Assembly (NCBI GenBank): GCA_973851085.1 | Contig: OZ316776.1 | Span: forward strand, 9,858,001-9,922,000 | DNA: 64,000 bases | Reading direction: 5' to 3' | DNA from: Ptychomitrium polyphyllum | Lineage: Eukaryota | Shown here: positions 14,200 through 29,358 of the stretch, one piece after another | How positions within the stretch are numbered: position 1 is the first letter of the stretch | How the letters are laid out: the number at the start of each line of letters is the position of its first letter | Program-made: the position numbers and the translations under genes | The notes under the pieces: generated by a model | Databases searched by the model: none | What the model was told of the DNA's origin: nothing | Seen by the model: the letters and a program-made list of their open reading frames with translations, nothing else

Positions 14200-14760
14200 T
14201 TTCCTGTATGTTTTAAGCCCCTGTAACCAATGGTATTGTAGAGGAGGATAACAACAATGATGGGCCAGTCCAAATCCCACAGTAGGGCAATATCCCATTT
14301 TAGTTCAGAGTGGATATTGCCATGCAATGGATATGAACAACATACTGTACTCTTGATACTGGAACTATGTTCACCAGAATTTTGATGTGCTACCACATGG
14401 CCCAGTTGTGAAGACATATCTTACAGGGTAGACCACATTAAATAGAGACCAGATGCAAAATATTCCACATGTTGGACAGCAATAGAACCACATATGCTTA
14501 CTACCATGCACCCTGTGCCCAACTTTGTGTTGTGGCCACTTTTGGGTTCAACTTTACAGTTGTATATTTTGTTCATCTCCAGTCATTCAAACTACTTTGG
14601 TGTGTGTGTGGTATGCATACTGGTATGTTCCAGGGTACTATTGTCAGGTATGCCTTGACTATCAGTGGAGAGTATATGGTTTATCTTCAGGAGATGAGAA
14701 TAAGATACCAGCATCTATAATAGGTGGATGTAAATTAAAAGGAATGTATAAACAAGGCTG
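14200..14760 (+). mobile_element. Possible decayed L1 ORF2 C-terminal (zf-RVT and downstream) relic
   Basis: ORF 14469-14720 has YAYYHAPCAQL...LLWCVCGMHTGMFQG, resembling HLFxxCPxA...LWxIWxxRNxxIFxG. Confidence 0.3.
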
Positions 14761-16889
14761 AGCTATGAAGGAGTTTCTGTTTGATTATTCTACTCCCTTT
14801 TGGATTTTGAAATATTGTAACAATAGAAGGTCAAACTGTAAACAAACACCCATGTCCTGCATTTTCAACCCTTCCAATGCTTTGGTCAAAGATGACACAT
14901 GAAAGACAATGTACTCACATTCATCCTTCAGTTCAATTGTACCTTAGCTCCACAGCTCATTGTCCATCCTCCACAATCCTTACATATTCCTTAGCCCATT
15001 TTGTAGGTGCAGCCAATAGAAATGGCCTCTTGGGTGATTAATCAGTTCAAGGTTTGTTGAGCTCTCCATTTAGCCCTTGAAGAAAAGATTAAGTACCACA
15101 GAGTAATTCAGAAGTGGTCCTTCTACCTTCAATTCCATGCTCATGCTCAGCCCAGTCTATGCTTTTGAGCTCCATTAAGACTTTGGGATTTTAAGTACCA
15201 TACTGAACAAACTACACTTTTTTTGTTCCAATTAAGGATTAACATTTTTGTAAATGCCAAAAATAGTGCAATTTGAGAATCCTGAGAAGAGCATGAACTA
15301 CAAGCATGTTTTTCATAAATTTTTATTCATCTTTTGAATGTAGAAATCAAAAACTAAAAAGTTTTTAGAATTTCTGGAAATGATATTATCCATTGATCAT
15401 CAAATATTCAGGCAGTAAATTCAAGCAGATCTATAAATAGCCTCTCTAGTTGCTCTTGACCAAATCCTAGAAATTGTACCAAAAATGAAGTGCACTCAGA
15501 CTGTGTGACAGGAATTAGTCCATGTATCTTTGTGTTTAGAAACATAATAGTCCAGAGAAGTAAGATGTTTATTTTTAATAGAATTAGAATGGTCTATGTG
15601 GCATAACAATAGGTAGTGTTTTTGTACTCAAGAAATTCTGTTTTTATGTCTTTCATCTAGGCTTCACTGATGGCTTTGCACTATTCAATACAAGAAAACA
15701 TATTTTGGTTGTATGATATACATAAAACTCACTGATTGCCAAATCAGTTTTCCTTGGATCAGTAAAGTTTTCACATCAAATACCATATTTCACATCAAGT
15801 ACGCCAAAAATTGACTTGTACTATGTGATGCTACTTTCAAATGCATGCTTTGATTTGAAGACTTTGAATTGAATTAAGGTCTGTCTACTGCCTTGGAGAA
15901 AGGCTGTTCATCCTGACACAGCCATGAAGGAAAAGATAGGAAAGTATTACTCTAGATGTAGGGATAAGCACAAAGCTATGTTTAAAACCTGAATCTGAAT
16001 TGTTTGTATTTTAGTGAGATCATGTCTCAGGTGGCTTTGCATCTGGCTTTATAGCATTTTTAAGGAGTTGGAGTTGGTCACCTCAGAGCATCCTCAACCC
16101 TGATTTAACGTCATTGAAACTTATTGCTATTAGTAAACCACAAATTAAAGCATGTCAACAAGAGAAGGAATTCAGTATGCTTTAAAATGAGTTATTTGGA
16201 TACGACATAAACAAGTTGTAGAAAAATATTGAAAATTTTAAAGCTTGCCTCTTTATTTCTAAGTGATTTATAGGCGTGCTAAACAATGTTATGTTTGTTG
16301 AAAACTAGTACCTACTTTATCTACCAACTTAGATCTAAAATGGTAAAATGTAATTCTTTCAAAGTTTATTTGAATTGGGGATCAATTTCAAAAGGGGAAA
16401 TTTTTTAAATAGTTTAATTTTTTTATTAAGGTTCTGTTTATATAAAACCAATTTTGGCCTAAAGTTCAAAGTAGTATGTTGTTTTGAAGATGAAAACTCT
16501 TTAAGTATAATATCTTAAACCAAATAAGAACGTTATAAATGAACTGTGGTCCAAAATTTAGATGCTTAACCAAATAGCATGGAAGGACGGTGGTGGATAT
16601 TTCAAGTTTACATCCAAATAAAAGGCCTATGATAGATAGTAATATAACAACCAAAGTTAGAAACGAAAAAAAATGTTTTTTTAAATTAAAATAAATTTCA
16701 AAAAAATTGGTTGTAAAAACTTAGTTACTTTAAATTCTACAAACTCTAAGCTCAAAGTATGTTTTTAGCTTTTGAAGTTTGCATCATTCTTGAAGTTGTA
16801 GGAAGTAAGTAGGCCATGGTCCATGAAAATAGTATGTAAATTTGCCATATATTAAATTCCAAAATGACTTCTTATCTACAAGAATCTGC

Positions 16890-16957
16890 AAGGACCATGG
16901 TCCATATTTTGCTAAGTATGAATCCAACTTTGAGATATCAATGCTCTCCACTAATGA
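16890..16957. repeat. Dispersed repeat, copy 1 (partner 38250-38317, same orientation)
   Basis: Ungapped alignment 54/68 identical by hand count, including TATCAATGCTCTCCA. Confidence 0.85.
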
Positions 16958-19900
16958 GGAATCTTTGATTATTGAGCCGAAGCACAACTTTTTTAACAGG
17001 GCTTAAAATTCATGTACATTTTTTACAAATATAAATTCAATTTGTAAAGAGTCAAATAGTTTCATATGCTGTAATTCCTTCATACATTAATTTTCCAAGG
17101 ACATTGGCTGCAATTCTAGTTTACCTATAGTAACTCGTTGTTTAGAAAATTGTTCCAGTTACCATGTTTTACTATACCCCAGAACTATATTTTATACACT
17201 GCAGCAGGAGATATTTGTCACAATGTACAATTGGGTAAATAAGAGAGTATGCACATTTAATGTCTGTTAGTAAGACAAGACAATCACCATGCAAACACTG
17301 CAAAGTCTGGACAATCACTATGTTGACGCTGCAAAACATTCTTGAGTGATGCCTTTGAACACCCTCTTCCAAATAAATCATTGTATCTTCCAAAGGTTCA
17401 ATTGTTTTTTGAGATATATGTTCCACTTAAAATTATAGTTGTTATAGAATCTTTTTAATAGGTTCCAAGACAATAGGTTCAAAATTGGTAACAAGATAAA
17501 TCTATGAATAATAACTATGACTACATATGGTCAATAGGATTTGACCAACATAGTTAACTAGACATGATGGATAATTAATTCATTTAGATGGATCAAGGTA
17601 GTGTATGGGGTTAGTTGATGAAGGTTGCCTCATTAAGGATTAATTAGGAATTTCAGCCATCATTAGATCATTATTCTTCCCATGAGTAAATGAGAAGAGA
17701 TGTAGAAGGAATGATCATAAAGTGGGTGTGTGTATAATGTGTGAAGTGCTCAAGTTATATGGGATAATTCATAAGCAATTAAAAAGAGCAAGTTTTAGTC
17801 CTTGTTGATACAAAGACTAAGCATTTATGATATTGTGGTGTATGAAATAAATGTATGCTAGTGCAAAAAGGGAAAATTTATTGTTCTTCTTATTGGTTCA
17901 AATTTGAATTAAAAAAACTAAATTCACGTGTATTATTCTAAATTTAGAATTTGTCAATTTTCATTCAATAAACATTTTTTTTGTACATTGATGAAGAATC
18001 AATCAAATGGTACTAATTTGATTTTTTGGAAGTTAAAGATTTCCGTGACCTCAAATAAAATCGTGGCTCAAATTATTTCTCACAGATCACACATTTTAAT
18101 GAAAACTTACAAAATTTTACAACCTTGCAAGTTGTTAAATCACAACACTAAAAATACATAATCCATAATCATAAATATTTTAAAAGAAAACTTCCAGCAA
18201 CCAACAACAATCTTTTATCATGTATCTTGGCTTAAAATTTTCACAATTGATTATGAAATTTAAAAGATGTTTCTTTGGAATGAAGGAAAAATAGTTAAGT
18301 ATCCAATGTAATCTAGCTTATTTTATAAATATGCTTGAATTCCAAAGCTTAAATTCCAAAAGGTTATGAAAAATTTAATTATGATGATTTTTGATACCTC
18401 ACTAAAGGCAAAATGATCAGTATTGTGTAATGTATTCAAAAAGTCAAACCTGTTATGAATGAAATATTATTTTTGCCATTGGAATGATTTTATTTGCATT
18501 TGAATTTAAAAAGATAAATGCAGGTACCAAGTCTATTTTCCGTTTTAATTTGAAATCAATAAAATTTAAGTGGTTTGTAACAAACACAACTATGGTTTAA
18601 CTTAAATTTCTATAAGCTTGAATCTTTTTAAAAAAATCATGATTTGATAATTTAATAAATTTTTGGTTATAATTTGGAGTCTTTGTAAAAATTTGTAATC
18701 TTTTAATTTAAAACTTAAATCTATGATTTTTATTTTATAAATGTTTTTAATAAAATATTATGATTTGGAAGTTATGAATATTTAGAAGTATATTATAGTT
18801 AGGTAGTACATTGACATATAGGGTAAAATTTCAAAAATTGATGACAAACATAAATTATGATAGTTAGATGTAAGATACAATGTCAAAACTTAATTCCATG
18901 GCTAGAGCTTTATCTTTAGAGACTAAAGTTCATTATAAGAAATATCCTCATATAGAAGTTTTGGTACTAGTGTTTTAATCAATTGATTTCATATGTACTT
19001 GCATATAAACAAGTTAACACCAAATAAAACTACTTTTTTACACATAAATTACAATAACTCAAAGCTTTAGTAGATCTATTGAATTTTTTTGATATGAAAG
19101 ATAAATCAAAACTAAATTGTTCTAGATCAATAGTATATAAATATTTAGAAGTGCATCAAAGAAATTGTTGTGTTTACCTAAGCTTAGATAAGCTTAGATA
19201 GAATGCCAACAAAAAGTGCTCCAATAAGATTATAATGTTGCTTTTTTCCTTTCCCATATTGAGCTCAACTCAAATAATTCATGTGAAGCTACATCTTCAA
19301 ATAAATTTCAGAATCATGGTGACCTTTCTAACTCCTGCATCTCAAGAATTTTACACAACTCACATAATTGGTTCTATTTTAAATTATCAGTATAATCTCC
19401 AAATAACCTGCAAATCAAATCGTACAGAAGGATTAGCATGTATGAAAGAAGCTTAGGCAATCCAAATCCCACTAGACAAGACTACTGACACCTTAATGCT
19501 ACATGGTGAAAGAAAAGAAAGCTATGCGTCACAAGTCCGAGACCACTGTGGATGGAGTGAGCCCAGAGTCATGAGTGTCTGATTTTTAATTACACAACTT
19601 GTAAGGATGCCTGCTACACTACCTGTGGATTGACAGGACTCAGGAGGCAGGACCCTTCTACATCAAACCCAACCACTCCTTCTAAGCCTTACTCAGTACT
19701 TACTCAGGTTCCCTCTTTGGGAAAGCACATTAAAAAGAGCCTCTGGTACAAATGACAGAACATTCTTGAACCAATCCACTTAGGAATCTCACAAAGGAAT
19801 TGTTCCTATCTGGAGTTCCAACTTCTTGATTTAAACACAATATGAAGCTTCTGGTGGTAGTATCCATTTTGTTTGAGTTTCATGATACTCATTTATTTTA

Positions 19901-21577
19901 TACTCATTTTCAACTTATAAGAACGCAATTCCAACAATGAGAATCCAATTTCAATATCAATTATGTGTGAATTCATTTCTACGTTGAACTATTTTTTAGT
20001 ATTATACATTTTATGATAATGAATTTCTTATTGGAAATAAGTGAGATTAAAAATAGTTAATGGATTAAGTGACTTATGGAAATGAATCACGTTACTGTAC
20101 ACTAAAAAGTTGTACACTTTTACTTCAACAATTCTAATTAAATAGATCAGAGCTTCAAAAAATAAATTCTTGTGGCATTATTTTTTTTGAAATTTAAATT
20201 AAACAGGAAAAATATTAATTGGTTCTTTAAAAAATATATATAAATATGTGGTTGATTTGAATTCAATCACATACATGCAAGGAGCAAATTGTTGGCAAAG
20301 GGTTCTCCTACTTTACATATGGCTATAACAATGAATCAAATGCACGATTCTTAAAACCCTTGAAGTGTATATTGTGGAGTTCTTAAAGAGTCTAGAAATA
20401 TAATGCATCTAATTGCCCTTAATAAGGAAATTAGATGGATAAGAATTGTTGAAAGCACAAACAAAACATGAGAGAAAAACCAATAACTTAATAAAAGTTC
20501 AAATAAAGACCACTAAATTGGGGAAAACTAAAATAATTATTGTTTAGCCCAAAAATTAACTAAATTTATAGAAGTTATATAAAGTATCCACAATATCCAC
20601 AATAGGCGATCAATACACTCCCAATTATTCAAAATTCGAAATTCTTCAAGATTAAATAATGAATTAAAGATAGTCTGGTTGAGATTTCTAAGTGTTTTAA
20701 ACCAAAAATCATCTGAAGTATGATCCCCGTACCTAGTTGAGAATTTATACAATACTAAATGGTGCCTCCCTTTACAGTTTTCTAAAAAAATTAAATGAAT
20801 TATTTTGAAATTGGTATTTTATTTTTTATTTTTTTAAAAACATCATTTATTCTTAAGTGATCCGTGATTGAGAAACTCTCAATTGGTGGTTATAAACTAC
20901 AAACTTAATTGATTTAATTTGAGTACATGTGCAGCCCAAAATCGGATTAGAAACACTCATATATAGCTGATTTTTTTTTTTAACTTCAATCCAACTAGAT
21001 GGTTTCTGTACCCACCTCCATGGTATTTAAGTACTATAACCGTTATCACATTAGATTCTTCTTAAATTGTTCCATAAGAGGAAAGAATCATAATTTCTAA
21101 CAATGTTAACCATGATTAAGTTTTAAAACAATACATACAAAAAGCAAAAAATATCATTTATAATAAGGCCCTTTGCATCAATTTTATTTCAAGTGGTGAG
21201 GGAAATAATTGATCCTTTAAGCCCCATATAACCTAGACTGTGGTTACCAAATGGTTTGTTTTGTAAATATGTGAAGTTTGTAAGTCCAAATTACTCAAAA
21301 TTCAGTAAGTGATTCATGATTATGACAATGTATGGCATCTATTGCAAGTAGTTGATGCTAATTTTGATCTACACAATTTTGGATACATAGTCAACATGAA
21401 ATTTAAGTATGCATATTCTACAATAAGAACACAACCTCCATCCACATACATACATATATGCTTGTTGAGGGTTGAGTGTTTTTGCATCCTAACTTCTGAG
21501 GCCGAAAGTGAACCATAAGGAAAGTCCAGACACATAAGTTACATCACTAATGACAACAGAAGTTTGGTGAAGGATAG

Positions 21578-21636
21578 CAATGCCTGTCATGAGCCCAAGA
21601 GTCCAATGCCTGTCATGAGCCCAAGAGTCCAATGCC
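21578..21636. repeat. Perfect tandem duplication, 2.3 x 26 bp CAATGCCTGTCATGAGCCCAAGAGTC
   Basis: Unit starts 21578, 21604, 21630. Confidence 0.95.
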
Positions 21637-23029
21637 CATACAAGGGAAGGCATACTGTATCCATGTATTTGGCAGGTGGGTATAGTGGGCAGATCAAGTA
21701 TGGGAGGCTTTGAAGTTTGCTTGTGCTAGTGGAGTGAGTGTTGAGGAGCGTATCCAAGTTGAATTGACAAACTTTACTGTATTGCTACAAGTGCTTGAGG
21801 AGCTGTTTATACCAAAGGTCAAACACAACATTCCTTAGCTACCTGACCCTGACCCTGACCCTGCATTTGGGCAAGATACTCTACTGTACTGTATACTATG
21901 TATTGAAGCACTTGGAAGAAGATGTGGAGTGCTCTTTTTCAAGTACGATACTATTCTTTGTGGTGCTAAGATCTTCTAGGAAAAAAATGTTATGAAAATC
22001 ATTGGCAAAACTTTTCAATCAATCACACTTGCTTAATTAAAAAGCCCTTTTAAACTTGTCTTTGCATAAGGTTTCTTAAGCTCAAAGGCCATATACATAG
22101 CATAAAAAGTGTAATGGTTTGGTGTCTCTTCAAATCTCATTTTGATTCTACTTTTAAGGAATGGTCTCAACAAAAAATTTAGAAAAGTCATAGGAAAATA
22201 CAATAAAAATGTTTTTTAGTTCTTTGGTGTTTGTTTTCCACAAGAAAGACCTTTGACCATTTGAAGTTGGATTTGGTTGTTGATCTTACCAACTAATGTA
22301 TACTTTATGTGGCAAATAGGTAATTTCTAAAGCGTTTTGTTAAAATTTGAAGTCCACGTTTTAAATCATATAAATGGAATTCCAAATATTCCTACGTATT
22401 TGAAATCAAAATGATAAAAGTGTTATATATTTGTAGAAGAAATGGACTTTCTCAAATTCAATTTAATCCAAATTTAACATTAAGACCCAAAAACAATGGC
22501 ATGACAAAAAAAAAGCAACTAGATTTAGAAGAAGCAATGATTTTTCAATCTTAATAGATTGAATTCTAATTATGGTATTCATGTAAATACAAAAAAAAAA
22601 GCGTAAATATACATTAGTATCAATTAAATAGAATACAAATTCTATAGAATGATCTTAATTTCTTAATGGAAAGATCTTAAGGCACATTCTAATTTTTTTG
22701 CCAATAGAAAAAGTGGATATAGCATTTCCATTTTGTAGATTTGTTTTCACCTCATGTATAAAGCAATACTAACTAGAGTAGGATGACAAGTTTCAATTTG
22801 CTTCTTGACAATCTTTTTGAGAAGAATTTCAATGAGTTGACTGGTAATAGTAACATGGTGAAATAGTAATGTGGTTTATTTTATGATCTATTCTCAGTTT
22901 ACAATGCTTCCAAAAGCCATGGCTTACAAGGACCAGCCATTCATTGGAAAGGAAATTAAAGCAGAGTACCTTTACAAAGACTTCTGAATTTAAGACTTCT
23001 GAATTTTTGACTTCTGGCCTCTATCAAGT

Positions 23030-23420
23030 GTAAACAGGCCTAGAGGAGTGTTAGATAAGACAACTTTGGCAAAATAAATGATCAGCATAGACTGTCCAAA
23101 TGAAAGACCACAGCCTGTATTCGGACCAAACTTATTGCACTAAAAACATGAATTACTAGATGTTCCTGATGTCAAAGTTCGATAGAATGTGTGCAATTTT
23201 TAAAAAATCACATGGACAAGGTTCAAAGTTGTAGCAACTTAGCAGCTATGTAGTGAGCTAAAGCAGGCGAAGAAATGGTTATGCATATTTCCTTGTGAAT
23301 TTTGACTTGCAGTGATCACCCCACATACTTGAGGAGGAAAATTATAATACAAACTTCAGCTGAAGCATCATTCACATCCACAAGAATCAGGAATGAACAA
23401 ATGGTAGCATAGAAGTGTGG
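23030..23420 (+). mobile_element. Decayed L1-type LINE endonuclease relic
   Basis: RQLW (23058), SKFDRM (23172) and SDH (23311) in the order of the APE-endonuclease motifs RxxLW / SRLDR / SDH; frameshifted. Confidence 0.35.
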
Positions 23421-25499
23421 GATCAAAGTTTCAAAAAAACCCATCATCTTTTTCAAATCGATATAAATACCAAACAGTAAACTTGCAATATTTACACGTA
23501 TTTTTATATTTGTAGGTATTTCTTGTATATTTGCATTCATACAGAGGTATTGTGGTGCTTCCTCAACTTAATCATATTTTTTGAGGGAGAATGTGTGTTT
23601 TTGTGCTGGTACACGTCTGAGTCTTAGCCATTGGAACTTGAATCATCAAGAGTTTTACACAGTAACCACCCAGTGGTTAGGCACAGTTTAGCCACAGGGG
23701 GTAGCTAGGCTTTTGAGGATTACAGTTCCTCCACCCATGAACTCCATTTAAGAGTATTTAGGCCTCAGAGGCCCCACCCTAACATCCATCAGCCCCTAAA
23801 TTGAAGGAGTTCCATCCTTTCACATTCTAAGGGCATTATGGCCTTCTCCTATTACCTCAAAAACGAAGCATCTCCACCTATCACTATAGCTAGGAGATGT
23901 AAAGAAATGGAAAATTTAATTAAACAACTAATTGTAGGTAGTAGCATATATATGAAGTTTTACAAGTATTAGCTGATTGTTGTTTTATGCAGAGGAGAGA
24001 GCTACTTAATCTATTTGTTTTTCACCATATGAAGATTTGTTCTAAATTTAAAAAAAATTAGATTAAAGATTTAATTTTTTTTTAATCAATATTATATTGT
24101 AAATTGAACGTTGAAGGTAAAAAAATTCTTAAAAGTTTAGTGAATATGAAATTAATCAAATTTAAGAAAGATCAACCACTTTAATACAATATTAAAGAAC
24201 AATAATTGATGAAAATTGTAGGATACCAATCTAAAATTTAGAAGAAAGACAATTCTTGAGTTCTTAAATCCTTACTATAATATCTCCATCATAAAAATTA
24301 AACAACATTGACAATGGTCTTTTTGCAATTTGAAATGAAGGGGGGAGTGAAGTTTTTTAAAATGGAGCTATGAACCACTAAATGATCCTTTTCTTCCATA
24401 GCCATTATTAAAATATTTTGAGAATTGAGTTAAGGAATAGTTGGATGATTTTAAGGATTTTGAAGTAATGATGCTAATAAGTAGGTCACAACTTCTAGAA
24501 AATATGGTCAATGAAATGTCCAACATTTAATTATTGGTACAACCAACTCTTTAGAATGTTGGATCTTACAATGATTTATTCTAATATTAACTCCACATCA
24601 TTTTATTTGAAACATGTTAGAGAATCTTACAATAAAATTTAATTTGTTGAAAATTTTATTTTTAGATTTGATGTTTCTAAACTACATGGAAGTAAAATTA
24701 AAAAATTAAAAATGAAATTCACTTAATTTTTGTTTAAAACTCTAATAATGAAGATATTTGAAAGATGAAAATATGAGTAATATTCTTTAATGATTCTTCA
24801 TAATATTTTTTCTTTAAAGAATAATTTTATCTTCTAAAGGTACAATTTTGTTATCAAAACTTTATTACACTAAATATTGAAAGAGTGCATGCAAAGTCAT
24901 CCAATTAGATTCATGAGTTCATATAAAAATTGCTACATGTTCATTTTCTAAGGTAAAAGAAGTTGCTTCTATAGCTGGAAAGATTATTGTATAATTAAAC
25001 TTTAATAAATCAAGGCATTGATTGAATGACTATCATCATATTTAAATCAAAAGAACATATAATGGCTTGAAAGAGTAAACATCACAATAAAGCAGAAGCA
25101 TCGGGTCTTGCTAATACTTGTGATCCAAATTTCCTTGATATTTTTGGATGCCTAATGAGTCTAATGAGCCTAATGTGCTCACTATTGGAATTTTGAAAGT
25201 CAGTGGGCCATGATCTATAATGTACAGAGATCTTCAAGTTACCATCCTTGGATTTCTTTTATACACATTAAAAATACTAATCAATTCAAAATTTTAGTAC
25301 TGCAAAATATCACATATAAATGTTGATATTGGCACAACCTTTTAAATGTTTCAAGGAGCATATCAACTACAAGATTTCTTAACATTCTTGAGGATTCACC
25401 CTCATCTTAGAAACTGGGAAACTAATACTATACAACACTAAAGGAATGAAACTAGTTTGATAATTTGGTACACAAACTTCCACAATTTTGAGAAGAACA

Positions 25500-26750
25500 A
25501 GGTTTTGACAATGGAATGGTATCTAGTTCATCCAAAGAGAGGATGTTCGTAGAATATTATGCGGAATGCAAGAGACAAGTAGATTTTTGATGGAACATGC
25601 TTGCCCACACACTTTATCATATGTTGGAGACTTTTCAGTAGCTTGTATACGTGCCAATCCCATCTATCTTTGAAATCAAGCACTTGCGGGGATATAATTC
25701 ATACTTGAGAAGCTCTGGTGCTCCAGTGTCCAGCTCATAAATTCTTTGACCCAGCAGTTCATTCAAAAAATGATTTTTTCTTACCGACAATGTCCAGGTG
25801 AGCATATAATTCAACATTGACTTGATACAAACTTCATAGTTCTAATAAGTGCCAGAATTTAGTGGGAGTCATAGAATGAATCACTTGTTTTCCAGTTGCT
25901 CCCTGAATCCAAGGCACAAGTGGCATGTTGACAATTCTAAAGATTTCCAATACCTGCCTGCATTGGATAAAATTGAGCTCTACAGTACTGAGAGGTTTTG
26001 TATACGTGATGCTACACAAATTTTGATTTCCACAGGATTGGATATAATGTATATTCATACATGTCTACAGCACAAGGTATCCATCCTGAGATTTGGTAAT
26101 TGTTTAATTTGCTACACAAATAAGAAGCACCTAATGGGACCCTCATTGTGACACCAGCTAATGATTTGGTTTACATGGGTTGAATTCTTTACAAATTCAA
26201 ATGCTGGTCCAAATTGGACTTAGATTATTCCATTTGAAACCTTTGAGCTAACCATAGCAAAATATCTCTACTGTACAGTTGCCAACAAGCATAGCTCCTT
26301 GCTGAGCATAAGCTCCCCCAATTTCAGAAAACTAGAGATGCAAACTTTCCAAAACTGTGCTCGTACAGGTCTTGCCTGCATGTACTGGATGGTCATTTGC
26401 ATTATTGAGAATAGTGATCAATTCACTGTCACAAGTTATATGCCAAGCTCTAATTTGCTGCAAGTCCAATGGGAAATAAGTTCGAGTGGCCGTGTGCATT
26501 TCCGAAGCATTTTCATGTATGAACTCATGGTACTAGCTATGTCTAGCTAGAAGACTGTTGTTCAGCTGTAGATGTACCTTCAGACAAGTTGTCTATTGCT
26601 GGTTCTTCCCACATGCTGGTTTCTCTGGTCTTCAGAGGTTGCTGACCTCATCAGCAGAACTGTGGAGGTCCAATGATAAATTAGTAATAAATCTATTGCA
26701 TATAATTGCATGCAAATTGGAAGGCTGCCATGATGTCACTCTCTTATCCC
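25500..26750 (+). mobile_element. Decayed L1-type LINE reverse transcriptase relic
   Basis: MFVEYYAEC (25543; cf. GxPxEFYKxxW), VMLHKF*FPQDWI (26006; cf. VLxKFGFxxxWI), WEISSSGRV..MVLAMS (26470; cf. LSxAGR..YxMS), collinear; multiple stops and frameshifts. Confidence 0.5.
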
Positions 26751-29301
26751 CACTGCTAGTGGTCCTCTCAAAGCTCAACAGTAGAATTTTTTTCATCAAC
26801 TTGGAGCATCTATAGCATAACAGTCCATGACCACACTAGGATTCAGCCCATTTGCAGATGTTGGGATACAACATTGCTTAAAGATAAAACTTAAGGATTG
26901 AAAAGAATGCAAGTGTTAATTATGTAAATGACTAAATATGAGTTAGTTATGAATTTTTAAATATGTTACCATTAAACCCCTACAATCAATAAAAGAACAA
27001 CAATTTTGATTCATTTTGAAGGCTAGCATTACCTAAGTGTTTGGTTTTCATTAATATATATTTACGTCCACATGCAAAATCATGAGTGCATTCATATTTT
27101 CTTCTAATGGAAACAATAATGATATAAAAAAACATTAAAATTATTAAAGAAAAGATTGAAAGCAATAATTTGGATGTAATGTGTACTACTGATTGCTAAG
27201 CTGTGAATTCCAATATTGGTTGGATGAGAGTATGTGTTGCATGTGCTTGGTTTGGATTTAAATTTAACCATGTCACCTATTCTTTCCAAGTGCAACAAGA
27301 TCATTTTAAAAACTAATTAAAAAAAAGAAGCTAACAAAATAAACATGTTATTACTACTATCAATAAAGTGTGGTTTTAACTACTTTTAAAAGTAGCAATA
27401 TAGTATTGATAATGATTAATTGTTTTAAGTGTTTTAACAAAATATGATGGACATAGCATAATAAGTATTAATAACATTTAATTTTTTAGTGTTTGTTTTA
27501 TTTTGATTGTAAATTTTAAAAAAAAAATTGAATATATATTATGCCTTTTGTTGATAATTTGCTGTTAAATTAAACAAATTCTAAAAACTGAATGGTGAAG
27601 TTTTTCTTATGGTTTGAAAGTACAATTTGGCATGGTAGTATTTTAGTATATAGATTGTTTAGTTTAAAATAAGCATATATTATTACCTCTACACCTCTAC
27701 CAGTTGTTCCTACACTTAATTTTATACCTTTCCAATGATTTATTGCAAGTGTAAAAAGCAAGCCCAATCTACCAAACCATCTCTTATTTGTCATTCCTAC
27801 TTATTTTTAGTTACAATTTTTATTATTTTTCTGATCTTTCTTTTGCTAATTTTCTATCATTGAATCTTTTGAATGCTGGTGTAAATATTTTTAAAGTATT
27901 AGGTCTTAAAAGTCTTAGGTGCATTTTTCAACTAGTTGTCAATATATATCTATGGTCTTTTTTAATTTAATATTAATTTTGGTTAACATATATCATCTAT
28001 TTATGAACTTCAAAATTTTGAAATATGCTTTAAATTGACATCTTTGTGTTCTATAAGTGCATTATAGCAACCAAGATGAAATTACATTTTTTTTGGAGGA
28101 AGGAATTCATTACATATCAAAATTCATTCATATATAATGTTTTGATTTAGTTGAGAATACAAGGATTTTTTTTTGTTTCTTATATAATTTTATATAAGTT
28201 TTAACCATGAGTGCTTTTTGTAATTATAATTAGGTAGAAGCCACAACTAAAATCAAGCAACGTTTTATTTCATCTTTTTGTGAAGAACCATCACAATTCT
28301 ATCCTAGATACCACCATTAATTTAATCTATTTCCATTGTAGTTTTTCTCAATTTAAAAATAAATGCAAATTCACATTTTGCTCCAATAGTGCTACTTCAT
28401 GAACTACCATATTATAAGCTTTTTATTATTACAATTTCAAACTTAATATATTTACATTGTCTTATTTTTGTTGCTTTATTTAATGTAATGATATTAGATT
28501 TATTTCATATATTCATGGTTGCAAATAAATGATGACAATGATTTGTTCTAGTGGATCTTTTCATGTTCACAAAAGGCTTCTTTACAAACTTGTGGTCATA
28601 GATAAATGATTTTTGATGGAATGTTTTTACATCATGAGATGTTACAAATACTAAATTGATAGATTGAATGGTAATCAAAATCTTCAAGTATATTGTAGAC
28701 GATGTAAAAGATAATGTATAAAGAAAAAAATAGATCAAAATAGCTTTGGTTATCAACCAAAACCTTGTGTCTTGTAATATTAGCATTCATTTATTATTGG
28801 CAAGGCGGCACAAATTTAAGAAGAACATCTACAATAAATACATTTATCAAGTTTATTACCTTTAATTTATGGAATAATTTACTTTTGAATTTTTAAATTT
28901 TGAATATGGTTTCTATTTAGAGATATATAATATTCTTTATGGATCCCAATAACTTGCTAAAGAATAAATACATATGTTACTAACCACCTCATCAACTTTA
29001 TATATTAGCCATTAAAAAATTACAAAGTAATAGAATTTTAAAAAATTAAAAAAATCAATGAAAGTTTTTGATTAAGTATTTTATAGTTAATGTTCTTATT
29101 GAATGCATATTATGGTTTTTCAACATCTAACGGTTCACTACATAGTAATGGTTGGTAGGTTTGTAAGAACTTATAGAAAATATGTATTGACTCTTCAATA
29201 TCATAACAACCAAAGTATGGTTGCACTATTTAACCATGCATAATTATCACCCATTTGGCATTATTTCATTTTTTGTTTTTCGTATTTTTGTTTGTTTCTC
29301 T

Positions 29302-29358
29302 GTTAGGTTGATTGGTTGATTAGCTGATTGGTTGGTTGATTAATTGGTTGACTGATTG
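29302..29358. repeat. Degenerate (TTGG/TTGA)n tetranucleotide-type repeat
   Basis: GTTAGGTTGATTGGTTGATTAGCTGATTGGTTGGTTGATTAATTGGTTGACTGATTG. Confidence 0.75.

Noticed and set aside
21680..21840. WEALKFACASG...IQVELT resembling an RNase H-like (RVT_3) segment
   Set aside because: Single weak motif with catalytic residues missing; not distinguishable from chance
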